This document shows, piece after piece, positions 1-12,032 of a stretch of 64,000 nucleotides of DNA. How positions within the stretch are numbered: the stretch's first letter is position 1; every line of letters begins with the position of its first letter. The stretch is from Eledone cirrhosa (taxonomy: Eukaryota). Where the stretch lies: positions 33,046,001 to 33,110,000 of the forward strand of contig OZ024744.1 of assembly GCA_964016885.1 (NCBI GenBank). Reading direction: 5' to 3'. The notes beneath the pieces were generated by a model. That model did not search any database and was not told where the DNA came from. It was given only the letters and a program-made list of their open reading frames with translations. The translations under genes and the position numbers were made by a program.

Positions 1-30
1 TTGAATTGTTGTTATTATCAATAAATATAT

Positions 31-185
31 TTCATTATTTCTGAAGACGGCATATATATGTGTTTGGTATGTATATTTAATTTTGATAGTTTGTATAATT
101 TTGTATAATTTTGTACATAGATCTGTTGAATATGCATGCCAATTCTAACACATATATATCCTAGAAACGATCGTTAAATAATGAA
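31..185 (+). ncRNA. Type I hammerhead ribozyme with very long stem II
   Basis: Stem I TTCATTATTT (31-40) pairs with AAATAATGAA (176-185). Core CTGAAGA 41-47 and GAAA 164-167. Stem III AC-GATC-GT (palindrome ACGATCGT). Predicted cleavage after GUU at 175. Confidence 0.8.
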
Positions 186-513
186 CTTTTTTGTTTAATA
201 TAAGGAACTGTTTCATTGTTTTATTCATTATTTTTTTTATATTTTATCTTGACTCTGTATTCCGTTTATCTTTCACCGAAAGTGATTTTTCATTGCATCT
301 CTTCTTTCCAAGATATCCGGATTACATTGAGTTCTTCATACGGATTGGACACTACCGTAAACTCTTGGTAGATTTATCTACATAATTTTGCTCCTATTTT
401 CACGGAAATATTCGTATTTTTGTACTGTATGTGTGTATTAATTTTATATTTATGTATATACATATATATGTATGATTTTGTAAACCCATATACATTTAGT
501 TGAGCTCTTTCAA

Positions 514-2970
514 TTGTTCATCATCCATATCACAATGGAAAAACAATATTTGGGAACCTCTTTAAAGAACATACCAATACCTTCTAAGGATGACTTCTTA
601 CTCCTTATGATTCAAAAAACTAACCATTTTATCAGAAGGGTTAGATGGAGGGCCTACCACTTCGATAAAAAATCTAAATATGCAGATAGGAAATATATGT
701 ATGATTTCAATACTTACAAGAATCCACCACACAACTCTTTACTTGAAGACTTTGAGAAAGACCTTTTTAATTTAATTAAACACCTCAAATTTAAAAAGTA
801 TAAATCCGTCTTTCAAAAGGACCTTGATTCTACCCTATTGGACCTAAAAAAGTCTAAAAAAATCAATGTCCACTCGGACAAAACTGGTAACTTGTATCAC
901 ATGGATATTGAAGATTATAATGAGTTCATATATAAAGAACTCAGGAAAAATTATAAAAAATCTAATAATGCGTCACTCACCAACATCAACAACAAAACAC
1001 ACAACATAGTAAAAAAACTAAACATTGAAGATAGAACTGAACCTTTGGCATTGAAAAGACCACACTTCAACCTGAAGGATCATAAATCAAACTTTAACTC
1101 AAATCCTTCTATAAGACTTATATGTCCCTCCAAATCAGATATTGGAATAATTAGCAAAAAAATTTTGGATAGAGTCATCCCACAAATAAGAAAACACGTT
1201 ATTTTACCACTCTGGGAAAACACTTCCCAGGTAATTAACTGGTTTAAAAATATTAGATGTAAATCTTCTGCTTCATTTCTACAATTTGATATAGATAATT
1301 ACTATTCTTCTATATCACCTATACTCCTGAACAAAGCATTGATATTTGCTAAAAATAGATCTAACTTAACTTTGGATGACATTAATATTATTACACATGC
1401 TAGACTAACACTTATTGAATTTCAGAATGAATACTGGACCAGAAACACATATAGTAATCTATTTGATATTACTATGGGTTCAAGCGATTCCGCCCAAATT
1501 ACTGATCTTGTGGGCCTCTTTCTCCTTTTCAACATAAATGCCTCCTTTCCCCACCTTAAAGGTGGTTTATATCGTGATGACTGTCTTCTTCTTTCCAACA
1601 ACCTTAGCCTTTCAGAAATAGAAAAAAACAAAAAGCATATTAGAACTTTCCTTAAAGACTATTATAGTCTTCATATTACTTTTGAAAAAACAAGTAAAGT
1701 AGTAAATTTCCTAGATATAACTTTAGACTTAGCTACGGGTATCTACCAACCTTACCATAAACCCAACCAAAACTTACATTACATACACTCACAATCTAAT
1801 CACCCTAAATCTATCCTTAAAAACCTTGCATATAATATATCACTTAGAATTTCTAACCTTTCTTCTAACCAAGATGTATTTGATAAAAATGCGACCTTCT
1901 ATAACGAAGCTCTAGATAGAAGTGGCCACAAAAATAGATTAGAATATATACCTTCTACTAAAAATACTAAAAACATACAACCTAATATTACCAACAAACA
2001 CCAAATGAAAAGTACACACCTAAATGCCACCCACACTATACCCCAAAATACCAAATCTTCTAATATAAAGTATAGTAACTCTCAAAAAACTACTCATCAT
2101 ACAACTCTAATAAATGTTAATAATAAAACTCCTAATAAAAAAGATAAAACACCTAAATCTACAAATATAACTAAAAATGGTTGTGGTGAGATCATTAACA
2201 TTAATCCTCCTAGTAAACATCACGATACAACCTATAAAAATAATAAAAATAATAAACAACATAGAAACCGTAATAGACGGGTTACTTGGTATAATGCTCC
2301 ATTTAATTTACAAATTAAGGATAATATTGCTAAAAAATTTTTTTTATATCCTAGAGAAAAACTTCCCGCCAAACCACAAATACCATCAAATCTTAAATAG
2401 GTCTACAGTTAAATTCTCATACTCAACAAATAACATAAAACAAAATAAGTGCTAAATGCATGCATAAATGTAGAAAACCATAAGTATACCACCAATACAT
2501 CAAACTAACCATAATATCCCTCCTAAATACAGAATTAACGACAGGTTGTAACTGTAGAAACAAAGCAAACTGCCCATTAAAAGGAAATTGTCTTGTTAAC
2601 AACATAGTTTATAAATGTAATGTTAAAACTAAAGATTCTATTTGCTCATATATAGAGACTACTCTAACAATTTTAAGACAAGGTTTAATACCCACAAACA
2701 TAGTTTTTAAAAATGCCGCACTGGCTAATACAACATCTCTAGCAGAAAAAATCAATAGTTATAAAAAATAAGAATATAGAATATGATTTGACCTGGAGTG
2801 TGCTCAAAAGAGCCACCCCTTATCAAAATAATAGAAATGAATGTAGATTATGTTCCAGAACTATTTGAAATAATGAAAATCTAAGGATATCCTATTAAAT
2901 AAACGACAGGAATTAATTATATCGTGTAATCATAAACTAAAAAAAACATTTAAATATTATAAACCTAATT
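514..2970 (+). pseudogene. PLE reverse transcriptase/GIY-YIG endonuclease polyprotein (RT intact to 2400, endonuclease frameshifted)
   Basis: Motifs SDKTGNLY, LKDHK, FLQFDIDNYYSSI, MGSSDSAQITDLVG, GLYRDD, VNFLDITL, YHKP, SNHP, VTWYNAPF. After frameshifts: STVKFSYS and GCNCRNKANCPLKGNCLVNNIVYKC, then ...SCNHK. Confidence 0.9.
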
Positions 2971-3900
2971 AATAACATTATTTTAGAAATTAATATATAA
3001 TTTAATTTAAATGTTAGTTAACCTATAAATTTAATTTAATTAAAATTCTACTACAGATGAGAATATAAAATATTGTGTAATCATAAATTGTGAAAAACCT
3101 TTAAATATTACTAATATATACTTATACTTAGTAATTTAATTTATAGATTAATTTTAATTTATTTAACCCTTTATTAAAATTCCTTTACAGATAAAATATA
3201 ACAAAATATCGTGTATTCAATGACAGAGAAATAATTTTTAGTATTATAGACCTAATTAATATACATTTTAGAAATATATTTATAATTTGGTTTTAAATTT
3301 GGTCAACCTAAAATTTTAATTTAATTGGCTTAAAAATAGTATCCTAATACAGATGGATTGCAGAGTGTCATGTAATCATAGAATGGGATAGGTTTTGGAT
3401 GTATACCTAGTTAATATATTCTTTGCAATTTTTGAAAAAATATGTATATGTATGTATATATATGTATGTGTATATATGTATATATATGTGTATATATATA
3501 TGTATGTATATGTATATGTGTATGTATTAATTTTAATTTCTGTTTACCTATAATTATATTCTACTATTGATAAAATACAATATCTGTTTTATTTATTATA
3601 TACCTAATTAACATATACTATAGAAATTAATATATAATTTTTAATTTAGTTAACCTATAATTTATATTCTACTACCGATGTAATACTTTATTTGTTTTTT
3701 CCCTATTACTAAATTCATTTCCTAATATTGATACCATAACGTTAATAATTTTAATTTAGTTATACTATAATTAATACTCTACTACTATTTAACTTCAAAA
3801 TTCTGCTTCAAATATTATAAACCTAAGTAATTTACACCTTAGAAATCAATATATTAACTATCTTTAGTTTAGTTAACCTATAATTAATGGTATACTTATA
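2920..3900 (+). repeat. Degenerate ~150-bp tandem repeat derived from the PLE ORF 3' end
   Basis: TGTAATCATA, ACCTAATTAAT, GTTAACCTATA and CTACAGAT motifs recur about 6-7 times at roughly 140-160 bp spacing. Confidence 0.6.
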
Positions 3901-4059
3901 TTGAAATGCATAGTTTTGCCTTCTTTCTTGCATTTCCTAATAATGAAACTATGTAAACACATATTGTGATCTAAATGCAGATTAATATTCTATGTTTCTT
4001 GAAACATATATTTACTATAATCCCCTTCTCCCCCCCCCCTTTCCCCCCTACTATTATTA

Positions 4060-4174
4060 TTTGTATTTGTAAGCGTGTATGTATGTATATGTAGGTAGGT
4101 GTATATATGTTTGGGTGTTTATATGTAAGTATAAAAATACATATATGCGCATGCAAATAAGGGTGTATGATTGG

Positions 4175-4248
<74 letters not shown>

Positions 4249-4455
4249 ATGTATATATATGTGTGTATATATGTGTGTGTATATATGTGTGTGTATATGT
4301 ATGTCTCTCTATATATATGTGTATCTTTGTATCTATGTGGGTATATGTGTGTATGTACATGTATGCACATGTATATGTCTATGTGTATATGTGTGTATGT
4401 GTATATGTGTACGTATGTGCGCATATATATGTGAGTGTGTGTGTATATATATGTA

Positions 4456-4496
<41 letters not shown>

Positions 4497-4500
4497 TATT

Positions 4501-4544
<44 letters not shown>

Positions 4545-4551
4545 ATATGTA

Positions 4552-4582
<31 letters not shown>

Positions 4583-4852
4583 TATATATTTGTAGTTGAT
4601 GTGTGTATATGTATGTATATATATGTGTGTGTGTATGTATGTGTATATATATGTATGTGTGTATGTATATGTGTGTGTGTATATATATATATACATATAT
4701 GTATATGTATGTGTGTGCATATTTGTCTGACTGTGTGTATTAATTTATTTATTTTTTTATTTATCTTATTTCTTTATTTTTTTATATATATGTATGTGTA
4801 TGTGTATGTATGTATGTATGTATGTGTGTGCATGTGTATATATATGTATGTG

Positions 4853-4893
<41 letters not shown>

Positions 4894-4970
4894 CTTTGTG
4901 TGTGTGTATATATATATATGTATGTGTGTATGTATGTGTTTGTATGTGTGTTTATGTGTGTACGTGTGTG

Positions 4971-5002
<32 letters not shown>

Positions 5003-5309
5003 TATATGTATATGTATCTCTATTTATATGTGTATATATGTGTATGTATATACCTTTTTCTTTGTATGTCTGAGTTGTGTGAGCGTGTAGTGGTGTTTGT
5101 ATGTATATACGCATATATGGATGTGTATGTATTTGTATATATGCGTATATGTAAGTGCGTATGTGTGTGTGAGTATATATCTATGTCTATGTATGAGTAT
5201 GTATGTGTGTGTATGTATGTGTGTGTGTATGTATGTATGTGTGTATGTGTGTATGTATATGTGTGTATATATATGTATGTATATGTATGTATGTATGTAT
5301 GTATATGTG

Positions 5310-5374
<65 letters not shown>

Positions 5375-5486
5375 TATATGTGTGTGTGTGTGTGTGTATA
5401 TATATCTTTATATATGTGTATGTGTATGTATGTGTAGGTGTGTGTGTGTGTGTATATATGTATGTGTGTATATGTGTATGTGTGTG

Positions 5487-5573
<87 letters not shown>

Positions 5574-5700
5574 ATGTGTATGTGTGTATGTGTGTATATA
5601 TATATTTATATATATATATATATTTATACGTGGGTATGTATGTGTATGTGTGTATATATATGAGTGTATTTATATATATATATGTATGTAGATGTGACTG

Positions 5701-5751
<51 letters not shown>

Positions 5752-5800
5752 GTATATATGTGTATATGTATGAGTGTGTAAATATATACGAGTGTTGTGA

Positions 5801-5851
<51 letters not shown>

Positions 5852-6100
5852 CGTGTATGTGTATATGTGTGTAAAAATATATATATATATATATATGTGT
5901 GTTTATGTGTGTATGTGTCTATGTATTTATATGTGTATATGTATGTGTCTCTATATGTATGCGTGTGTGTATGTGTATGTGTATTTATATGGTATGAGTA
6001 TGTATATGTATGTGTATGTATGTGTTTGTATATATGTGTATGTATATGTATGTATATGTATGTGTGTGTATGCGTGTGTATTTATTTATATGTCTATATG
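4060..6100. repeat. Compound (TA)n/(TG)n/(TATG)n microsatellite field
   Basis: Directly visible. It produces the YIYI/CVCV pseudo-ORFs. Confidence 0.95.
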
Positions 6101-6230
6101 TATGTTGAAAAAAATGAAAACGAAATTTCATTTCTCACTCTTAGTATGGCACTTACTTAAATGTAAGTATGTATGTATACGTACATACATATATGTATAC
6201 AGACGTACAGTAGCATGCATATATATATAC

Positions 6231-6308
<78 letters not shown>

Positions 6309-6484
6309 GCATACAGGTACACATACATATATGCACGCATCAGTTTAGCATTTTTTTCAACTTATCGTTTTCGGTATGCCTGACCGATTTAACTCACCCA
6401 ATATGCAAATTAGGCTGTTCAGCCGTTAATTTTCATAAGGAAAGTATATACTTTCGAACGTTCAACTATCTGGCAGATGGGTAA

Positions 6485-6527
6485 ACGGTGCTGATGATAG
6501 CTAACAAGCTTGATACTAGTACATCGT
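6485..6527 (+). ncRNA. Minimal hammerhead ribozyme, mutated core (GATA instead of GAAA)
   Basis: Same as the 6977-7019 copy except for GAAA>GATA. Confidence 0.65.
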
Positions 6528-6976
6528 TCCTGTGTCAGTGTTGAACAAAAAGGTGACGTGGTTGTCTTAACACCGTATGGCATAAATTCAGGCTGTTCGC
6601 TTTGTTGACAAACAAACGAACAAAGCGGCCGGCGTTATAATAAACGTCGGCTAAACTGATGCGTGCATATATGTATGTGTACCTGTATGCATATGTGTAT
6701 ATATATATATATATATATGTGTATATGTATATATATATGCATGCTACTGTACGTCTGTATACATATATGTATGTACGTATACATACATACTTACATTTAA
6801 GTAAGTGCCATACTAAGAGTGAGAAATGAAATTTCGTTTTCATTTTTTTCAACTTATCGTTTTCGGTATGCCTGACCGATTTAACTCACTCAATATGCAA
6901 ATTAGGCTGCTCAGCCGTTAATTTTCATAAGGAAAGTATATACTTTCGAACGTTCAACTATCTGGCAGATGGGTAA

Positions 6977-7019
6977 ACGGTGCTGATGATAGCTAACAAG
7001 CTTGAAACTAGTACATCGT
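6977..7019 (+). ncRNA. Minimal type I hammerhead ribozyme (palindromic stem III, dimer type)
   Basis: ACGGTG/CATCGT stem I; CTGATGA; AGCT-AACA-AGCT stem II; GAA-ACTAGT-A. Cleavage after GUA at 7013. Confidence 0.85.
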
Positions 7020-7182
7020 TCCTGTGTCAGTGTTGAACAAAAAGGTGACGTGGTTGCCTTAACACCGTATGGCATAAATTCAGGCTGTTCGCTTTGTTGA
7101 CAAACAAACGAACAAAGCGGCCGGCGTTATAATAAACGTCGGCTAAACTGATGCGTGCATATATGTATGTGTACCTGTATGC

Positions 7183-7236
<54 letters not shown>

Positions 7237-8135
7237 GTATATATATATGCATGCTACTGTACGTCTGTATACATATATGTATGTACGTATACATACATAC
7301 TTACATCTATATGTATGTATATCGATGTATATTTTATATTTTACTTGTTTGTATATATATATGTATGTGTATGTATATGTGTATATATATATGTGTGTGT
7401 ATATGTGTGTGTATATATGTGTATATATATGTGTATATATATATATATGTGTGTATATATGTGTATATATATATGTATATGTATATGTGTGTGTGTGTAT
7501 GTGTGGATGTATATATATATATATATATTTTTTTTTTCTTGATATATTTCTTTTTTCTTTTTTCTTTTTCTTTTCTTTTTATTTCTAAGTTTATAGATAC
7601 ATTTATAAATAGGCAGTCTGCCGAAACCGTTGAATACTGACCTCTCCCCCCCTCCCACCTAATTTCTGTATCCTGATCTAAATATGTGTGGCAGTGTTTA
7701 TGTGCGTGCATTAATGTCCATATGCTTATGATAATACTATATGCACATATATATGTGGGGGGGGGGGGTGTATGTATGTTCGTAGTTATGTGTATGTTTA
7801 TGCATATACGCGCGTGTGTGTGTGAGTGTACGAATATGTGTGAGTATATGAATGTGTGTATACATTTATTTCATATTTATGTGTCTATACGCATTTTATC
7901 TGTAGATTATAAACTTACAGAGACATTAGCCTTGAATTTTTGTATTTACATACATCTTTTTGGCATGCGTATGCATGTGAACATATATCTTTATGTAAAT
8001 ATGTGTACGAAGTTAATTACATGTATATACACACACCTAACTGCATAAATTTTTTTGTATTTTCATTGGTCAATTTGAACTCTGTTCCCAAACGGACCTG
8101 AAATTTTGAATTGTTGTTATTATCAATAAATATAT

Positions 8136-8288
8136 TTCATTATTTCTGAAGACGGCATATATATGTGTTTGGTATGTATATTTAATTTTGATAGTTTGTA
8201 TAATTTTGTATAATTTTGTACATAGATCTGTGGAATATGCATGCCAATTCTAACATATATATCCTAGAAACGATCGTTAAATAATGAA
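8136..8288 (+). ncRNA. Second copy of the long-stem-II hammerhead (3' pseudo-LTR)
   Basis: Near-identical to 31-185, with the core intact. Confidence 0.8.
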
Positions 8289-8342
8289 CTTTTTTTGTTT
8301 ATTATAAGGAACTGTTTCATTGTTTTATTCATTATTTTTTTA

Positions 8343-8435
<93 letters not shown>

Positions 8436-8456
8436 ATATACATATATATATATATA

Positions 8457-9366
8457 CATGGTGGCTGCCAACTCGTTTTCGAGTACGGCCACTACTTTAT
8501 ATCCATATAGGAGAACCCCGACCGATGCGCTGAAAGACTGTGACTTTTTAGTCCAGCCAGCGACTTGAAAACTCTGGTACAAACACTACACTTGTGAAAA
8601 TTATTGACACATAGTGCTGGGCCCATGGTACCATGTGACAACAAGTGCAGAGAGATCTCCAGATATAAAGCAATGCCTGTGCCGTGAAGCTGTTATAGTG
8701 AGCAAAGGCACTGCACAAAGCCAGTCCCACTCTCTTAACCATACATACATACACACATGGTGGCTGCCAACTCGTTTTCGAGTACGGCCACTACTTTATA
8801 TCCATATAGGAGAACCCCTACCGATGCGCTGAAAGACTGTGACTTTTTAGTCCAGCCAGCGACTTGAAAACTCTGGTACAAACACTACACTTGTGACAAT
8901 TATTGACACATAGTGCTGGGCCCATGGTAACATGTGACGACAAGTGCAGAGAGATCTCCAGATATAAACCAATGCCTGTGCCGTGAAGCTTTTATAGTGA
9001 GCAAAGGCACTGCACAAAGCCAGTCCCACTCCCTTAACCAAGATGATATTTACCAAAAAGAAGAACAAGTCAACATCATTGGATACCATCAGGGTTGCAG
9101 GTGTTAAATCAGAGTTTTCCTTCTCCTAGAATTCTGCCTTGACAAAGGCTAAGGGGTCATCTCTCCCGGTGATTTTGGATGGCCATTGACTCTAAAGAGC
9201 TCCTTTGCCCTTTGACAGGTTTTGTTGTTAGTCCTGCAGGATGTCCAAAGTCACCCTCCTCACCAACAAACCTTGGTGGGGTTGCCAGTTTAGTCGCGAA
9301 CGACCCGACCATGAGACAGGTTGTACTGGGATACATGTTACCAGAAGCACCAACTGGTGACCTGAC
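8457..9366 (-). mobile_element. Non-autonomous RTE-derived bipartite element with a duplicated 3' end
   Basis: The minus strand has an RTE-like 5' UTR block (GGCAGAATTCTAGGAGAAGGAAAACTCTGATTT) and no ORF. Its 3' end is TGGCCGTACTCGAAAACGAGTTGGCAGCC followed by (TATG)/(TA). The ~285-bp 3' part is duplicated (8457-8741 and 8756-9039). Confidence 0.6.
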
Positions 9367-9578
9367 ATAAACATATACATACACATACACACATACATAC
9401 ATACATACATACATACATACATACATACATACATACATACATACACCAATACATACATACATACATACATACACACATACATACACCAATACATACATAC
9501 ATACACACATACATACACACATACATACATACATACACACATACACACATACACATACATACACACATACATACATAC

Positions 9579-9611
<33 letters not shown>

Positions 9612-9903
9612 TACATACATACACACATACATACATACATACATACACACATACACACATACATACATACATACATACATACATACATACATACATACAT
9701 ACACACATACATACATATATACATACATACATACATACATACATACATACATACATACATACATACATACATACACACACACATATATACATACATGCAT
9801 ACACACATACATACACACATACATACATACACACATACACACATACATACATACATACATACATACATACATACATACATACATACATACATACATACAT
9901 ACA

Positions 9904-9935
<32 letters not shown>

Positions 9936-9955
9936 CACATACATACACACATACA
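9367..9955. repeat. (CATA)n microsatellite
   Basis: Directly visible. Further (CATA)n tracts lie at 10620-10835 and 12033-12256. Confidence 0.95.
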
Positions 9956-10014
9956 TGACGGCTGCCCCCTCGTTATCGAGTATGGCCATTGCACGAGAAA
10001 AAAAGAAAGAAAAA

Positions 10015-10047
<33 letters not shown>

Positions 10048-10618
10048 AAAAAAATTAAAAAAAGAAATATATATATATATATATATACATACATACATAT
10101 ATACATACACACATACATACACATACACACACATATACACACACACATACATTAATAACAATAATAATAATAATAATAATAATAGCAATAATAATAATAA
10201 CGACAACAACAATAATAATATACATATTCACATATATATACACACACACATAAGCATATCTACACACACCAACACACACACACACACACACGATAGCAAC
10301 TAACAGTGCTGCGATCGAATGTGGCTTTTTAGCCCAGCCAATGATCTAAAATGTCTTGCACAGAGTCGGCAACCAAAACATTCACTGGGAATAGTCGGTT
10401 GTGGTTGGAGTTCGTGTACTTTTGCATGTCGCTTGAGCCCTCCTGCTGATTTACATTCTCTACCACATGTTTGGCAAGCATGATGAGTAGCATCTCCAAC
10501 AGCAGCCTGGTAGTCAACCACTGGTCTTACTTTATGACTGCCAAGATGACTTTCGAGTCCAGCTTTGCTTAGGCAGAGTCTCGCACAGACGCTACATGTC
10601 AGCACCATAGGAAGACCC
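9955..10618 (-). mobile_element. RTE-like LINE 3' terminus encoding three C2H2 zinc fingers
   Basis: CSVCARLCLSKAGLESHLGSH, CQTCGRECKSAGGLKRHAKVH and CRLCARHFRSLAGLKSHIRSQH (10300-10618). The 3' stem-loop CTCG-ATAA-CGAG at ~9960-9990 resembles the 8457 terminus and is followed by (TATG)n. Confidence 0.65.
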
Positions 10619-10835
10619 ACATACATACATACATACATACATACATACATACATACATACATACATACATACATACATACATACATACATACATACATAC
10701 ACACATACATACATACATACACACATACATACATACATACATACATACATACATACATACATACATACATACATACATACATACATACATACATACATAC
10801 ATACATACATACATACACACATACATACATACATA

Positions 10836-12032
10836 AGTGAGATGGATGTTAGAACTCGAAAACTTCTCAGTGTTACTGGGAACTTTAACATCAATGGTGA
10901 TGTGGATAGGCTATACTTCTCACGCAAGGAAGGTGGCCGGGATCTAAAATCAATATTAACAACATATGAGACCCGGATAGTAACACTGAGGCAACACCTT
11001 CAATCAGAGGAAAAAGGTTGGCAACCATCTTGCCCAGGTTTATGACCATGAAAAAAGAAATATCATTAGAATAGCGACTGATCTGGAGGAGAGATATGGA
11101 ATAAAGCCTGATATAAATCTCTCACCCAGAAAAATCGGAAGATCCTATTCAATGTTCAAACAAGATAAAAAAATTGACCAATTTACAGAAAAAGTTGTGC
11201 ATGGATACTTGAGGCGTAAAACACAGACCATAGAGGGGATAAACCACTCAAAAAGCCTGGCATGGAGTTCCGACAAGTTTATGACATCACACCTTGAGGG
11301 ATATCTCTATGCAATACAGGAACAAGAACTCCCTACCAAATATCTGCTGCACAAAAGAGGAGGGCCAGCAGCTGACAATAAATGTAGACTATGTAAAACA
11401 AAGATCGAGGATGTAAGCCACATTATTGCCAGCTGCGAAAGAATGTCATCTCGCTACTACCTCCCCATGAGACACGATGGGATAGCTAGAACCATCTGGA
11501 ACGCACTTCGGAAAACAAAATTAACAACAAACGAGGAAGAATATATTGAGACAGATGGCACTAAGGAATACTGGTGGAACCTGAAAATAAAAACTGCCAC
11601 CAAATTAAAGCACAACCGGCCTGATATTGTAGTTTGGGACCACACATTGAAAACGTGTTCTGTTGTGGAGATCAGCTGCCCACTTGATGTAAACGTTGTC
11701 AGAAAAATACAGAAGGAGGATATCTACGGACCATTGATGAGAAGTTTACAAATCCAGTATCCAAGATACACCTTTAGCTTCATACCCATCATTATTGGTG
11801 CTACGGGTTATATACCAACCCGCTTGGACCAAAGTATGACTGAACTTGGATTTGCGGACAAAAAGCGCAGCTCCCTAATTCATAGTCTACAAATGGCTGC
11901 GATAGCTGGCACCTTCAAAATTTGCAAAACATTCTTGCGATTCAAGGGATGACAATTTCTTTTCTTTTACAACCTTGCCACCAGGAAGGTGGCCGGTCAA
12001 AAAAATATACTCGAAATTAAGAGAAAGAGAAA
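10836..12032 (+). mobile_element. 5'-truncated R4/Dong-clade non-LTR retrotransposon (CCHC plus restriction-like endonuclease)
   Basis: DVDRLYFSRKEGGR, AIQEQELPT, CRLC..EDVSHIIASC, RHD, HNRPDIVVWD...VEISCP, IPIIIGATG. ORF 11152-11952. (CATA)n on both sides. Confidence 0.85.

Larger units (their letters stand above)
6105..7307 (+). mobile_element. Non-autonomous PLE/retrozyme-like element: two tandem 492-bp units preceded by an inverted partial copy
   Basis: Unit ~6349-6840 is repeated at 6841-7307. 6105-6348 is the reverse complement of the unit's 3' half. Each unit carries one minimal hammerhead. Confidence 0.8.
1..8345 (+). mobile_element. Penelope-like retroelement (Naiad-type), near full length, with pseudo-LTR direct repeats (1-~240 repeated at 8106-8345)
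   Basis: RT ORF 514-2400 plus frameshifted GIY-YIG to ~2970. Bases 1-240 recur almost identically at 8106-8345, followed by (TA)n. Both copies contain a hammerhead motif. The left end is cut by the window edge. Confidence 0.85.

Noticed and set aside
3971-8048. Numerous [12 protein letters not shown] ORFs (here and throughout the window)
   Set aside because: They are stop-free translations of (TA)/(TG)/(CATA) microsatellites with no coding signature.
1-8345. LTR retrotransposon (because of the direct terminal repeats)
   Set aside because: No gag, protease or integrase and no PBS/PPT. The RT and GIY-YIG identify a Penelope-like element with pseudo-LTRs.
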